Below, piece by piece: positions 26,226 to 40,480 of a stretch of DNA of 64,000 bases (position 1 is its first letter; every line of letters starts with the position of its first letter). A model generated the notes under the pieces. It saw only the letters and a list, made by a program, of their open reading frames with translations, had not been told where the DNA came from and ran no database searches. Origin of the DNA: the human T2T-CHM13v2.0 reference genome, Homo sapiens; assembly GCF_009914755.1 (NCBI RefSeq), contig NC_060933.1, one strand, 5' to 3'. Made by a program: the position numbers and the translations under genes.

Positions 26226-26519
26226 TTTTTCTTTTTTTGAGAAAGGATCTCTTTCTGTTGCCCTGGAATGCAGTGGCATGATAACCGCTCACTTTAGTCT
26301 CAACCTCCTGGCTTAAGTGATCCTCAAGCCTCACCTCAGCCTCCCAAGTACCTGGCACTACAGGCACGTGCCTCCAGGCCTGGCTAAGTTTTGTATTTTT
26401 TGTAGAGATGGGGTTTCGCCATGTTGCCAAGGCTGATCTCAAACTCCTGGACTCAAGCGATCCTCCTGCCTCAGCCTGCCAAAGTGCTGGGATGACACAT
26501 GTGAGCCATCACGCCTGGC
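26226..26519 (-). mobile_element. AluJ
   Basis: Diverged Alu with J diagnostics (CTCCTGGACTCAAGCGATCCTCCTGCC). Confidence 0.92.
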
Positions 26520-26939
26520 AGTAGTTTTTTTTGTTTTTTTTTTTTTTCCACTAGAGTTTCTTGAATTAATTTTCTTGGTGTACAGTAGAATAATCAGCAA
26601 AATTTTTCTTTTCAATATTTAAACCAATGGGACAATTCTTTTGTTATACATTATTTAGTAGAAACTTTAAGATAAAAACAAATAATATAAATATATTTTG
26701 CAATTATAGTGTGATTGTATTACCAAACAGTCTATTAGTATCTATTGAGTTTCAGTCTTTGTCCTGGTAGTTTCACTACTTACTGCTGTTCTGTCAGTTT
26801 TTCATCTTCCTCTGTATTGAGATTCCTGTTCTGATACTTTTTTTAATTGGTCTTTTTTTCCCACATATTTTTCTTACAATGAGTAAACGGCAGGTGTAAT
26901 CGCTGAATCCGTAATGGTGATAGGTGAATCATACTTGTC

Positions 26940-27420
26940 TAGGAATAGACCTTGAGTTCCACTCCTTTTCTCTCAGTAGTCCATAAATGTTATTCCAATT
27001 CCAAGTGTTGCCGATGAAAAGTCTGATTTCAGCCTGATTCTTTTGCCTATGTAAGTAGATTGTTCTGTCTGAAAGCTTTTAAGATTTTTCACTTTATTTT
27101 TAGAAATCATGAATTTTAATGTTAAGTGTGTATCTTCAGTTATCAAATTTTCTGGAACTTGGTTAGCCATTTTAATCTGAGACTCAAATATTTCTTCTGG
27201 AAATTTTATTATATTATGTGTTCAATATAGCCTCTCATTCATCTTTATTTTTTTCTTTTTGGAACTTTTTTTCTTTTTGGATCTCAGATGTTGGGTTTCC
27301 TAGATCTATGTGCCAAGTATCTTGTTATTTTCCTCCTGATATAAATCATGTATTTTTGCTGTGTACTCCAGGAATTTTCTTCTTCTTGGTCTCTCAGGCC
27401 TCTAAATAAGGCCTTAACAA
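26940..27420 (-). mobile_element. Old L1M ORF1-region fragment
   Basis: Translated QSTYIGKRIRLKSDFSSATL resembles L1 ORF1p C-terminal QVTYKGKPIRLTADFSAETL. Confidence 0.75.
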
Positions 27421-27459
27421 TGACTATATTCACCTTCGACGTATATGATAATTTAAACT

Positions 27460-27610
27460 TTTTTTTCTTCTTATTTTATTTATTTATTTTTGAAATGGGG
27501 TTTTACTATGTTACCCAGTCTGGTGTCTAACTTCCTTGCTCAAGTGATCCTCCTGCCTCAGCCTTCTGAGTAACTGGGATTACAGACGTGTGCTACTACT
27601 GTGCCCGGCT
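27460..27610 (-). mobile_element. FLAM / Alu monomer
   Basis: Single ~130-bp Alu arm directly joined to the poly(T) tract. Confidence 0.85.
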
Positions 27611-28468
27611 TTTTTCTTTTTTTTAGTTCCAAAATATATTCTTGACTCTTAACTTGAACCCTTGAATCTTCCTAAATATCTTGCTCTTCCTCCTTCCTCT
27701 TCTCTTTCATCTTCTCCGTCTCTTCCTCCTCTTCTATTGTGTTCCTCAAGTAACCCATTTTGGCTAGAGTTGCCCGGGTCAGAGTGTTTTACTTCTTCTT
27801 CATCTTTTGCATGGCATGCTCATTAAATGCAGTGTTTTCTTCCTTTACTGTAATCTCTTGTCCACCTACCAGGGTCCCTTAGTAGCAGTAACCTCTCGTG
27901 CGGTCTGGCAGCATAGTAGCAGTCAGGTTTTCAGTGCCACATCAAGGCCCTGAGAGAAAGCCCCTGACTTTATCTTCTCCAGAATTAGGGATAAGGAGTT
28001 CAGTGTTCCTGTTCAGCTTGGTCCTAGATCCCTGGAGAACAAGGTGATCAGGTATATTCATACTGGCTGAAGTCACCCTTTCCCTTGTGGTTCCATACCT
28101 GGCCCAACAAGGAGAAAGTTCACCAGCTTTGTGGGGACTCTGGCAGAGCCCTAACTCTCCTGTACACTTTAGTAGCCTGTCTGGCTTAAGAAACCTTAGA
28201 AAATGAAATGGAATTAGGATTGGAGGGAAACAAAATACTCCTTAAGCCTTCCTCTTCCAATAGTTCTCTCCTAACTTTTTTGTTAGATAGAGACTCCCTT
28301 ATGAAACAAGAAAGAAAGAGTAGCAGAAGGACAAAGTTTAGTTGAGGAGGGACAGGTCACTCAGAAGTCCAGCCCTTGTCTCCTGTGGTTTCCAGTGTGC
28401 CTGATGTTCTCTGATGTCAGCAGCTCACCCATACCCCTCACACTCTTACTTGGATGCTAAAGAGTCTC

Positions 28469-29021
28469 TGTTTAAAAATACAGATTTGATTATTACTTAG
28501 GTATGGCAAGGCCAATAGATCAGATGACTGCCATTGGAAAGAGAATTTGTTCTTCTCACAGATCCCAAGAGAAGAGGGAACACTACACCACAAGGGTTAC
28601 TAGGGGAAGCCTCTGGGTCAGTCAGGAGACCATGGGAGGCCAGGTTGCGGGGGATGTGGACAAGAACCTTTATTGTATGACGAGGAACAGCAAGGTAAGG
28701 TAGGTGTATTTAGGATTAGCTACTTTGAATAATCTCAGGGGAGCTCTGGGGCATAGGACTGTCCTTAGTTATCTGGTACCTGTCCCTTGGGTGATTAGGG
28801 CAGGGGATAGTGGCCTGGAATGTGTGAGCTGATAAAGGACATTGGGAGTATGGGCACTGGGTGGGCTGCTTTGCATTTGAAAGACATGCTCTGCTCTCTA
28901 GCTAAGTTGTTTTTACCTTTAGGTATTGGCTAACCCTGGGAGGGCCAGTCCCTTCCACAGTCAGCAAGACCCAAGATATTGAAGGCTCAGGATACAGAAA
29001 ATAAAAAACGTAGTTAATTCA
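28469..29021 (-). mobile_element. ERVL solo LTR (MER74-like)
   Basis: TG...CA termini with perfect 5-bp TSD GTCTC (28464-28468, 29022-29026). Minus-strand start TGAATTAACTACGTTTTTTATTTTCTGTAT...CCTCCCAGGGTTAGCCAAT recalled from MER74. Confidence 0.85.
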
Positions 29022-29169
29022 GTCTCCCTCCTAGCACTCCTGACCAGCTGTAGACAAAACCTCCTTATCTTGATTTTTCTCAGCATGCAGTTTAGAACAT
29101 CTAAACAACAGCACGACAAAATGCTTTTCTATGTACTAGAGGACAGAAACAAAAACAGTACTATAGACC

Positions 29170-29380
29170 ATAGAGAATACTGAGTAAAAGCAAGAATTTT
29201 GATCAGACATGGATTTGAACCAAAACTCAACTCTTAGTAACGCTGTGCTCTTGAGCCAGTTACTAAGCTCTCCAAGCTCAGTGTGATCATCTTAAAAATG
29301 GGAGAATATTGTCCACTTTATAGAGTTGTCATGAGGAAAAAATTATCCTGCATGTAAATGATTGTGGTTGTTATTAGAAA
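29170..29380 (+). mobile_element. MIR SINE
   Basis: CTTGAGCCAGTTACTAAGCTCTCCAAGCTCAGTGTGATCATCTTAAAAATGGG. Confidence 0.7.
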
Positions 29381-29519
29381 AATGAACAAATAGCATCAAA
29401 CTAGGCTATTATCCGAAATAGTTATTTTGGGTCTTATTATACCTAACTTTTGTCCTCACACAGTTGGTATAAATTCCTAGATGCCTGGCCTGGTGTCCTT
29501 CCTTCACAGTTACTGCCTT

Positions 29520-30032
29520 TGTCAGAGGCATTTGAACCAGAGTGACTCCATTTTGAGTGAGGACTAGGAAAATGAGACTGAGACTTGTTGGGCTGCATTC
29601 TCAGAAAGTTAGGCATTCCTAGCCTCTAGATGTTTACAGTTAAGGGAACAAATTAAGAATGCTTACTAAACAGACCTAGACTTGGGAGTGTCCAGATATC
29701 CCAACATCTGGAGAACAAAGGCATTCCTATATTTGCTTTAAAGATAATAATATTGATTTCTGCAAAATATCATAATTAAGAAAGTTAATTATTTATCACA
29801 AACCCTTGTAGCAGAACACATCTCCCCATATGTACAAGCATTGTACCTAGGGTGGATGTGTTCCTCCTACTTTTGGAAATGTTCTGCTCTATGGAGTAGC
29901 CATTCTTTTATTCCTTTACTTTCTTAATAAACTGGCTTTCACTTTACACTGCAGACTCGCTCTGAATTATTTCCTGTGCAAGATCCAAGAACCCTCTCTT
30001 GGGACCTGGATCAGGACCCCTTGCCTGTAACA
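29520..30032 (+). mobile_element. MER41 (C/D-like) ERV1 solo LTR
   Basis: TGTCAGAGGCATTTGAACCAGAG...ATCCAAGAACCCTCTCTTGGG...GTAACA. Perfect 4-bp TSD CCTT (29516-29519, 30033-30036). Confidence 0.92.
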
Positions 30033-30389
30033 CCTTCATTCCTGATCTTATCTCCAAGGTAGAGAAGGTACCTAGGGCTCCTGTCCTCTTCACTCATAAT
30101 CTCAAAGGGGCAGATTCCAGAGCCTCGGACCCTTTGGATCTTTCTACCCAGTTCACTGAGAGCATTGTCTCTATCCTTGGTGAATGTCAGGACACAATGA
30201 CATGAACCCCATTTTCAGGAGAGATCTGATCTCTAGTTAGTTTTGTCTCTTAAAAACCCAAAAACACAACTACCTTAACCCCTTAGTAAACACCACATAC
30301 TATTTAGTGAAGATATAAAGAGTACTTTCATGTTTCTATAGTTTCTATATGTTACGTATTTATGGATTTATTATGCATTGATTCTTCCA

Positions 30390-30605
30390 CTAGTTCATGT
30401 ATTTATTCATCCAACCAGTGTTTATTAACTTTCTACTATGTTAAAACACTGTTTCAAGCCCCGAGGGTATAGCAATTAAAAAATGCTCTCTGTCCTCAGG
30501 GACATTCAGTTGGAACTTATAGCTAAATGACATTGAGTAAGTTATCACAAAAATTAAAAGTGGAATTGCAACTGTAATAATATGTGCTATAAAGAAGAGG
30601 TAGTG
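30390..30605 (-). mobile_element. L2 3' fragment
   Basis: TTTATTCATCCAACCAGTGTTTATTAACTTTCTACTATG...TGTCCTCAGGGAC. Confidence 0.6.
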
Positions 30606-30988
30606 TAATTGCATCTTCCCTAAAAAGGCTAAGAATTTACTGGAGATTTAAAAGTGGAAAGAAGCCATGTAGGCAAAGGAGACTGGAGAGGAGAGAAGAG
30701 TAGGAGAGGAACAATGGCAGTGTTAATGCTTTGAGTAGTTGTGTGGCTGTTAACATAGAAGTTTCTGGAAGGTGGTTGTGGGATTGTTTACTTAGTTGAG
30801 GAAGAAAATTTAACACAAATCTAGAGCTCATGTTTTTCCAGAGTGATACCAATTAAATGAGATTATTTAATGTTTAAGAACAGAAAAAAATGCAATTCAT
30901 GATTTACAGATGGGCTTTGACAGAGTGGCTCTTCTGGGGTAGTAAAAAAAAAAAACCATTGAGTGGTACTATGTATATTGCTTTCTTT

Positions 30989-31297
30989 CTTTCTTTTTTT
31001 TTTTTTTTTCTTTTTTTTGAGATGGAGTCTCACTCTGTTGCCCAGGCTGGAGTGTAGTGGTGCGATCTTGGCTCACCGCAACCTCCGCCTCCGGGTTCAA
31101 GTGATTCTCCTGCCTCAGCCTCCTGAGTAGCTGGGGCTACAGATGCTCGCCAACATGCCCAGACAATTTTTGTATTTTCAGTAAAGACAGGGTTTCACCA
31201 TATTGGCCAGGCTGGTCTCAAACTCCTGACCTCATGATCCTCCCGCCTCAGCGTCCCAAAGTGTTGGGATTACAGGCGTGAGCCACCGTGCCCGGCC
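30989..31297 (-). mobile_element. AluS
   Basis: Full-length Alu with 16-bp TSD GTATATTGCTTTCTTT (30973-30988, 31298-31313). Confidence 0.96.
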
Positions 31298-34200
31298 GTA
31301 TATTGCTTTCTTTAGGTGTACTTTCATGCAGCTTAGCTGACAACTGTCCTGCACCACTTCTTGAACTTAGCCTGAGTTACCGTAATACTCTGTCTTAAAA
31401 CTTGGAAACACATAGTGAGAAGTTCTCTTTCAGGGCCTCCATGTGAGGCTCTGTGGGCTTCCTTGGGTGCTGCCACACACTGATAAGTTTGGTTCTGGAG
31501 TTATATCGTCTGTATTAAGAGCAAGAAGACAATGACTGAGATGCAATCATGAACATATGTCATATAGAATGAATAGATGCAAGGATGCACACATTTAAAA
31601 TACTTATTAGTTTTAAAAGAACCTATAGAATTAAGAAATACAAATATGTTACAGAAAAATGAAAACATTTCGGAGGTTCTCAATAGAACTTTTAGGGGAT
31701 TTTCAGAGGTTACTAGCACTGTTTGTTGTGTATATAAAGTATATTGTGAATTTTCTATCATTAAAGCAATAAATGTTCATCATAAAAGTTTTTGGAAAAA
31801 AACTGGAAAAAAGAGAAAGAAAAGCATTTCCACCACCCAAATATAACCGCTATTAGCATTCTGCTGTATCTTTCAAAATTATTTTTAATTATAGTCGTGT
31901 ATGTGTAGTTGCAATCATATTCTCTACATAATTTTGCATCCTGTTTTTCATGATCGTTTATTATATGTTCCTGTATAATATGAAACTATTTATAAACTCA
32001 TTTTAGTTGCTGTATAATGTTCCCAAGTAGTGATAGAATGGTTTAAATTTTCCAAGTGGTAGATTTCTTACCATTTTAAGTAATAATGCATTAAGTATCT
32101 TTGAACATTAGATTTTTTTGTTTCACTTTTCAGATTATGTACATAGCATAGGTTTACAAAGAGTTAAAATAGTGAAAAAAACAATATAAACATTAATAAT
32201 GAAAAATGTATACACATTTTAAGACCTTGAATTATACTGGGAAATTAATTTTACAGAAATTTTATATCAAAAGATTCATGTAAAGCTTAAAATATTGGAA
32301 GAGCATGAACTCTCTATTCTCAAAGTGATCCAGGATAAATAGTGGAAAGTCAATGTAAATATCAATAGGAGAGAAAAATTTAAAATCTGTGTTCCCAATT
32401 CTGCTTTTGTGTTCTATTCTGCTTTTGCCTTTGTCCAGTGAGACAATATTGAAATCTCACACACAAGTAAACTTCAGCTCTGCCATAACTAAATGTGCCT
32501 GACTTATTTCCCGATAATTATTCATGGAACTTCTAGTGTGTTCTGTCCATCTAAGTCCATTCATCAATGCCAAGAGAAATGTAAAACTCAGGAATGTAAG
32601 TGAATACTTTGAGTTTCTCCATTCAGCAGATAATTCTTAAATTGTGTGAACTGAATCTGGTTCCTGGCCCAATCTAGTTTTGTCCTGATTCTTATTTCTG
32701 CGTACTCACTCTACTCCCTTTGCTAGTAGAAACTATTGTTTTGCTCTCATCAATTGGTCTTTGTAATTAAGTGGTACAAACATGGGGAATCTGATATCTG
32801 CTAAGTGGCAATAGTCAGGAAACCCGAATGTCTCTTAATGCTTGGACTCCGGCATGTTTGTCTTGGTGATTCTGGTTCTCATGACATCTGAGACACCCAT
32901 TCTCTTTGCACTAAACTTACTACATTTATTCAGGCCATTGGCTGGTAGTCTCAGTCACAGGGTCTGGAAGTCACTTGTGTCACTTCCTATACCACTGACC
33001 ATTTGTTTTTCCATTGCTGTTATAGTTTTCTGTGCTGTCTGTCTGGTCTGTATGAATCCTGGGAGCCTAGATATGATGTCCCAGCTGTGCTATCACTGTT
33101 TATATATGAAAGTCTATGAAATTTTCAAAAGGTGAAATAAAATGATGGGCTCACAGGTGTCTGTATTTTTTGATACGAATGTGAAACTAAAGCTCTCAAT
33201 TTCCTCTGTCTCTATCTATAAATGAAAAAAGCTTTTTTCCCCTCAAAGAAGCCATGTTCAATTGTCTGTTCATATTTATAGCCCTTTTTGTTTCTGTGGC
33301 CAGATTCTCTCTCTCTCACTCTACCTTTCGGAAGTTAGTTAGCCATAATAATATGTCATCATTTATTTACACTGCAGAAATATCTTATTCAGACCAGATC
33401 AACTATTCAAAGAGAAGAAATGTACTGCATACAAAGATCAAAGGAATCAATGAATCGAATTAGTTTATATGGTTTGGAAAGCAAAGAGATCTGAATTCTG
33501 AGCTTGTTTTTTAAATCCTTATATAAAATAGCATGAATGTGTGTTAAAAAATGCAGATTGGGAATATTACTTCTGGCTTTTTTAGAGTTTTGTGTCCCCT
33601 CATTAAGTCTGGGGAAATCTGAAGTATTCTTAGAGCATGGCCTTTGCTCAACTCCCTGGAAAATAATAGAACAGTTTTATAGAAATTCACCAAATGAGCT
33701 AAATCAAAATGTGAGAAAAACCTTTGAGTGGCTAGAACTAAGTATAAATAAACCTTGGAGATACGCTTCTATATCCAGTTGAACAAGTGTTAGAGAAAAC
33801 AGCTCCTCTGAAAGAGAAAGGAACAACCTCTAGCTATAAACTTCATATAGTGGAGTTAGAAAACTATTTCTGCACTAAGCTACCTACCGGAGAATCAACA
33901 CCAGGGAAAGTGGCTTCTATGCTATAGAGGATAACTGCTCCCCAATTTTCCTTCCTTGATCAAGAGATTGATGTTTCCTTTGCTGTGTAGTGTACATGGT
34001 TTTCTAGCAAATACACTGAAATACATTTACCTATTTTGAAGGATATTAATAAATCACATTATGAAGGCTCTTAAATTCAAAGGAGCTCCTATTTGGACTG
34101 GCTTACAGAGTGTAATAAATATTTCTATAAGCCAAGGATATGAAAACTTAAGAATTTTTGAATAAGAAAAGAAGTTTAACTCTTTATGTTTTAAATGCGC

Positions 34201-35996
34201 TGGCTCTTTCAGAAAGCTTTATGTCCTTGTAGAAGATGTAACTCAAGGGGAGAAAAACTTGGCTGTGAGTTAAATTAATGGATGGTGTTAGGTTATGGCA
34301 AGTGATATACAGTTTGTTTAAAAAAACCCAAAACACTAAGAAAATATTAGTATTAAGACTTACTTGAAGAATCATCTTCACCCTGCTTTGTTTCAGAGCA
34401 AAAAAAAATGTATATTTTGGTCCACATAAAACTTGAGGCCATTTATCATACTTTTCTGCCCTATTTTCTCCGATTTCTTTCATTTAAATTCTTCAGACTC
34501 TCTAAATGCACCATTTTCAAACAATTGCAGTGGTTGACAGCAGTCTCACAACTGTTGGGTTTGATATTTGACCCTAGACTCCTCTAGTAAGAATCACACA
34601 GCTATAAGTACTGCCACATTCCTTTTTATAGTCAATAAGGAAACGTGGTTAACCACAACAATTAGCTGCTATTATTAGTATCTTACACAGCCTTAAAGAA
34701 ATTCAGAGGACAGAGATAAAAATGGATATGAAATTAATGATGCAAGCTATGATCCGATTATTTTTGATGATACTACACAGAAATCATGACAAGATCTTTT
34801 AAATTTCACGCATTTGTTTTTCTTTCACTATAGTCAAACCCATTAAGGCCAGAGAGTGATGGACAGAGCAACTGATTATCATAAACAACACATTAGTGTC
34901 CCTTCAAAATGTACTCTCAGGCATGCATATGTGTGTATGACTGTGTGTTCAGATGGTTCTCCTGTGCTTACAAAATCAAAACCTAGCCTACACTTTTGAT
35001 AAGGCCATCTTCCCTTATGTGTTCAAAAGCAACTCCCCTCCCTGATTAATACTGCCTGACAATAATCTACCTGGATGCATCTGCGACACTGGATAGCACC
35101 CATTGTATGAGCATTTCTCCCCTTTTTAAGAAGTTCAAACGCTGGAATATGTATCCACAATTTAAGGCTGACTAAGGCCCAGGGAGCAAATAAAGCAGCT
35201 CAAGCTTTAGAGGCCAAAATGACCAGTAAAAATAGCCCCGGGTCATAGATTTTCTCTTGACTATTTACTGGCCAATCATGATTAAAGTGTGCACAATGAC
35301 TAAAACACCTTGATATGCCTGGGTATATACACTTCAGGAAAAAAATGAAACCATGACTAGCTTGGAGTCAAGGCTAATTGATTATCTAAAGATGACTGCC
35401 ATTATTCATGGATATTGTTCTCTTGGTTACATCTAGGCTGAAGAGTAAACTACATAAAAGTTGGGTTCTAAGTGTTTCTAATGAATTTTTGATTGCCAAT
35501 AGATTTTTTGGCTTCCTCTTCTGGCTGATATTGTTACTTATATTTTACTATCATTAACTGGATATCCCAAGCCAATATCCAGTTAATAATACAGAGTAAA
35601 GTCGCTGTGGTCACTCAAGCACCTCATTTGGCATCTGAGGTGGACTTAAGTGGGGACCGAAAAACCATGAAAAAATGGTGCGGACCTAGCTTAACTAAAC
35701 TGCCACGGGTAGGTTATCAGCAGCCAGAACTGAGACAGAAGCATCACACTCCTGAAATAGCAGTATTTTTTAGAAACCCATCAAATAATGGAAATTGCCT
35801 TCCTCCCTTACTCCATCTACTGCTTAAGGGCAAGCTGTCCTCCTTGGTAGATTTTAGCCAATTAGCTTTGCAAAAAAACTCTGTTCAAAAGACTTTCTGC
35901 AATGTTTGCTTTTAAAGCTTTGCCTTTGCTCAGTGAGACAATGTATACATGCTTGGTCCCCCTTATATAGGAGTTAATTTTAGCTGTATTCTAAAT

Positions 35997-36350
35997 CAGG
36001 GGTGGGCAGACTTTATTCTGTAAAAAGCCAAATAGTAAATATTTTAAGCTTTCCAGGTCATATGATTTCTATTGTAACTCCTCAACTCTACTGTTGTTGG
36101 CAAAAACGGGCACAGGATATGAAAATAAATAAGCATGGATGTTTTCTGATAAAAATCTATTTATGGATATTTACATTTGATTTTTATCTAATATTCTTCT
36201 CTCATAGAATATTTATAAAGTCAAAAGGAGAAGAATATTTTATATCTTTATTTTTGACCATTTAAAAATTGATAAAATTCTTAGCTCACGGACCATACAA
36301 AACAGGTAAAAGCTGGATTTGGCTCATGGGCTGTGGTTTGCCAAGCCGTG
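35997..36350 (+). mobile_element. MER58B-like hAT-Charlie DNA transposon
   Basis: TIR-like ends CAGGGGTGGGCAGAC...GTTTGCCAAGCCGTG, internal GCCAAATAGTAAATATTTTAAGCTTT. Confidence 0.85.
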
Positions 36351-39300
36351 TTCCAATGGAATATTTCTTTCTGTGTTGTCCCTTGTCAGCCTGTGACATG
36401 TAGACAAAGATAGGGAAACAAGAAGAACTTAAGGGGAAAATCTTTAAAATAACCTGATTGTGTGAAAAGAGAGTTTGCCTGCTGGGAAATGTTAACCCTG
36501 AAGACATTCTTGGTAAAAAACAAAAACAAAAACAAAAACAAGAAATTGCAAGGAAATGAAGTGAAAGATGGCTTAGATATTTTTCTCATTTCTTCTTTTC
36601 TTTTTTTAAGTTGGTGGATTTCAAGCTTCATAATGGAAACCACTATTGCCTGCTTATTTCATAAATAGACTGCAAAGGAAGGAGTTAGAAATATTATTTT
36701 GAAGTCATTCAACTTCTTTGGTATACAAGCGCTATAACGTATTTATATCTTCCTAATAGGCTTTTTACCTCCCATGCTAATAGTGAATTGGCTTTTTGTC
36801 TCAAAGAAGCATAGCTGCATAAGCTTTTCTGAAAAATTGGAGAAAACAGTGCCAATGTCTAGTGAGTGATTTGTTCAGAGAGCTTGAAGGAAGAGGAAGA
36901 AATAAATGAACATTGTTGAGTAACTACCATAAACTAAGTATTGTGCTAATATGTTTAGAATGCCTAGTATAGTGTTTAGCAGAGAAGGCACTCTATAGAG
37001 TAGGCCCTAAATACATTTTAAAACTGCTCTAAATACACTGTAGTAGTTGCAATCGAATAGTGTATTTTTTTATCTGAACAAGACACTCATGTGCATTAAG
37101 TACTCACGTCTGTTTTACACTTAAGAGAAAATAAACTTTATGAGATCAAGCATTTTTCTTATGTTACATAATTAGTAAGTGCTGGCAAGGGGTACCTAGT
37201 AGGCCCTCAATAAATATTTGCTAAATTTTTATATGAATGAGCCTACTGGATTTGATGCTAATTTGCAGCTTGCTTTCTTCTACCTGGCACAGAATATAGT
37301 CTATCCAGCTGACCATTTTAATGCTAAAGTAACTCCTTGATGTGCTGCTGAGATCATATCTGATGAATCCAAAAAAAGAAATTCATTAGCAGCTAAGGGA
37401 GCGTGAACTGCTGACCCAGAATAGATGATGCTGTTAAGGGATTAGCAGTGCCATGCATAGAGTTATGATTAGCTAAATAATTGGTGACACTTAACACACG
37501 GCTTTCTCCAAGGGGGAAAAATAACACTATTTGTTGTTCGTATAATTAGATTTTTCACCTCAAGTGAAAAAGTAAATTGAGCACAAAATGCAAGCAGGTC
37601 TGAAGTGGCTGCTCAAAGTTCATGTGGGTCTTTAATTATAGGACTCATCAGATGTAGGACTTCAGACTTACAAGGCTGTGCTGATTTGAACTCAGAAATG
37701 TTAAAACCTCTGAGACAACAGATTACTGGTCAGCTCTGCCACTGCTGTGGCTGCCAGGAAATGTGAATCATTTATCCTGGCACTTCATGACGATGTGCAA
37801 TCAAATCCCACTTGAGATGCCTTTAAATAATTCTACTGCTTTCCTCTGGAAACTCCTGTCAATCAGTAATCGGGGCTGCCATTTCTCCCCCCATTGCTCT
37901 CTCCGGCTTGGCAGCAGATGAACCTTTGTGGCCAGAGATTTGCTAATGTATCGGCTGAAAGGCACACATTTCATGTTTCCTGTGCCCTCTCATTTCCTGC
38001 CTCTCAAGGCACTACCTCTCCAAGGATCCATTTCAGTGTTCCTAATAATTACCCTACTCTTGAGACAGTGACTGTAAGACAGATTTCAGAGTGACTGGTC
38101 TCTTATTTTCCAAAATATGATCTTCTATTGCTTTATCTGAGTGTCCTGGAAAATCACCTCTCTCCTGTGCTGTACAATACCATGACCCAAATTAAGAGGA
38201 GTGAAAGATTAGGAGAGAGCACAATTTTTGTACTTGGGGGAATGAAGTAAATTAAAGGAGTGTTTCATGTTTCTTTCAAATGTGACTTTAATAACAATTA
38301 ATCACAGACAGAGTTTCCTATTGCTTCTCAGTAACTAGAAACTAAAGAGTAAATTCTTTTTGTTGACATTATGATATTCTTTTTTGCATTATTCCTGAAT
38401 TTCTACTTCTTAAATTTTATTTTATTATTTTATTGTTTGTTTTTAAAAATTCAGGTGGAATTCTTTTACTCCCTGTACTTCGTGATATTTCTGAAGTTTA
38501 AGTTATCTTGTGAATATATGTTCATATTTTAGTGTGAGCTGCGTCAAACATTTTTCAGAAGTGGGAACATGTAAACTGTACTTTGAAAAAGAGTAAATGC
38601 CTCAGGCTAACAAAATAGGATATAAACATTCAAAATATATATAAGAAGCCGTTCTCTAGTTCGGACTTAATGTTATTTTTTACAGCAAGCTCTGACTAGT
38701 TCTTGAATAGTGGGTTTATATTTAACAGCAAATGGGTAAACCACAATTTGGTTTACATAGTCCTAAGTTTTAGTCTAAGCAAGGCTACTTGCAGAAGTGA
38801 ATGTAAAGGGAAGCCTGGCACAGCAGGACCTGTTATCAGAGAAGTGCCTGGGCCATGGGCTGAGAAGACACCTTAAGGAGGCTGTTAGAGATAACTAAAT
38901 GGAAGGGAGACCAGCATGGTCCCTTTCCCCAGAGCTCTGTTAGAGAACGATGGGAGAAGTTGTCTGGGGAAGGGACTCCTCTAGGAACTATCCCTAATGG
39001 AAGAAGAACTTATTGTTATGAATAATGTTGCTGTAGCTATTTTAATGCTAATATTGCCATATATATGGGGACCCAAAAGGAAATGGTTTCTTAGGTGAGA
39101 TTAGTTATACTACGATATCACAGATCTTAGGAGGAAAAGAAAATGAGGATTTCTTTCACTTTAATATCTTGTTTTTCTCTTGATTGCATGTCCCTTCAAT
39201 CCGTCAGCCTTTGCTTAAATTCTGTTTTAATCTTACAAATTCTTCTGGGTTTGCCTAGCAGAGGTGTAGTTTATTCCTATTATCCTGGTATGATTAAGAA

Positions 39301-40264
39301 CAGCATCCCCTTTCACTCTCAAATTTGGATGATAAATTATATATGCACCTCAGTCACGAGGTAAAAGGAGTGGTTTGTAACTCTCTCCCCACACAGAAAG
39401 AGATCTAAGATAGAGTGCATGTGTATGAAAGCACTGCGTAGGAACCAGTCTGCTGTTCAGTGGATCAAGGGATGAAGAAAGGAAAAGACAAGATGGAGGT
39501 GCTTTGGTCCACAGAGCTGGATAAAAGCAGGAGGGCAGGAGCCCACCCCCAGGGGGAGCAAAAGCAGGCTGACTGAGGGATAGGTCCTGGCTAAACAGAG
39601 CAGCAGGAGGGCCTGGATGATGAGGTGAGGCCTCCTGAGCGCTCTTTTGTCCGCAGAGTTTTGTTTTTCCTTTTGGTGACTGACTTCCTTGCCATTGCAG
39701 TAAGACATAAACTCACAAAAATTACACATATCAGCAAGTTGTAGAGGTTTAAGAAATCTTACAGAATTGCCATGACCCTTAGACTTGCAGTTTTTTGTAG
39801 ACCTGGATCCCTTGAAGTCCTCTTGAATTTTTGTTCTTATCTCTTATTTCTTAAGGTGGACCTCACCTGATTTCTCTCTTTCAGATCCCACCCTTTCTAT
39901 GACACATTGATTCGTTCCTCCTGATAGCATACTTCCCTGCTACAATGACCTTAGAAGATAATTAGTCCTGAGTCATTGACATGAGCATGAATTAGTCCCA
40001 TTAAGTGCCCACTTTTATCTTAGGGAACACCAGATGTAGTGCACCCAATCCCAGTGAATCCTGGTATAGCTCTTCCTGATTTCCCACTTTAGTTGCAAAG
40101 CATAATGAATCACTCTAACTGGGGCACTTTAAGCTGGAACGTTGAGAAATGCCAAAGACCTTAAGGAAACTTGCAGGTATCGAATCACGTGCTTAACGGT
40201 GAAGATTAGGGAAAAGCAGACTTCAAGAATTGCCTAGACAGATATTTACTTTGATACTCATCAC

Positions 40265-40480
40265 ATTCATTTATTCTTTTATCATGAATTCAACAGATTC
40301 ATTGAGTACTTATTATGTCTAGCACTAATGTTGAGTGTTGGGGACACAAAGTCAGATATAGTTTTTAACCTTAAGTAGGTCACAGTCAAGAGAGGGTAGC
40401 AGAACAAAAAGATTTGTTATAGTATCATATGATAAGTGTTTCAAATAAAGGTATACATAAAATGCTATCAAAAGGGAAAG
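40265..40480 (-). mobile_element. L2 3' fragment
   Basis: ATTCAACAGATTCATTGAGTACTTATTATGTCTAGCACT...GGGGACACAAAG. Confidence 0.6.
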
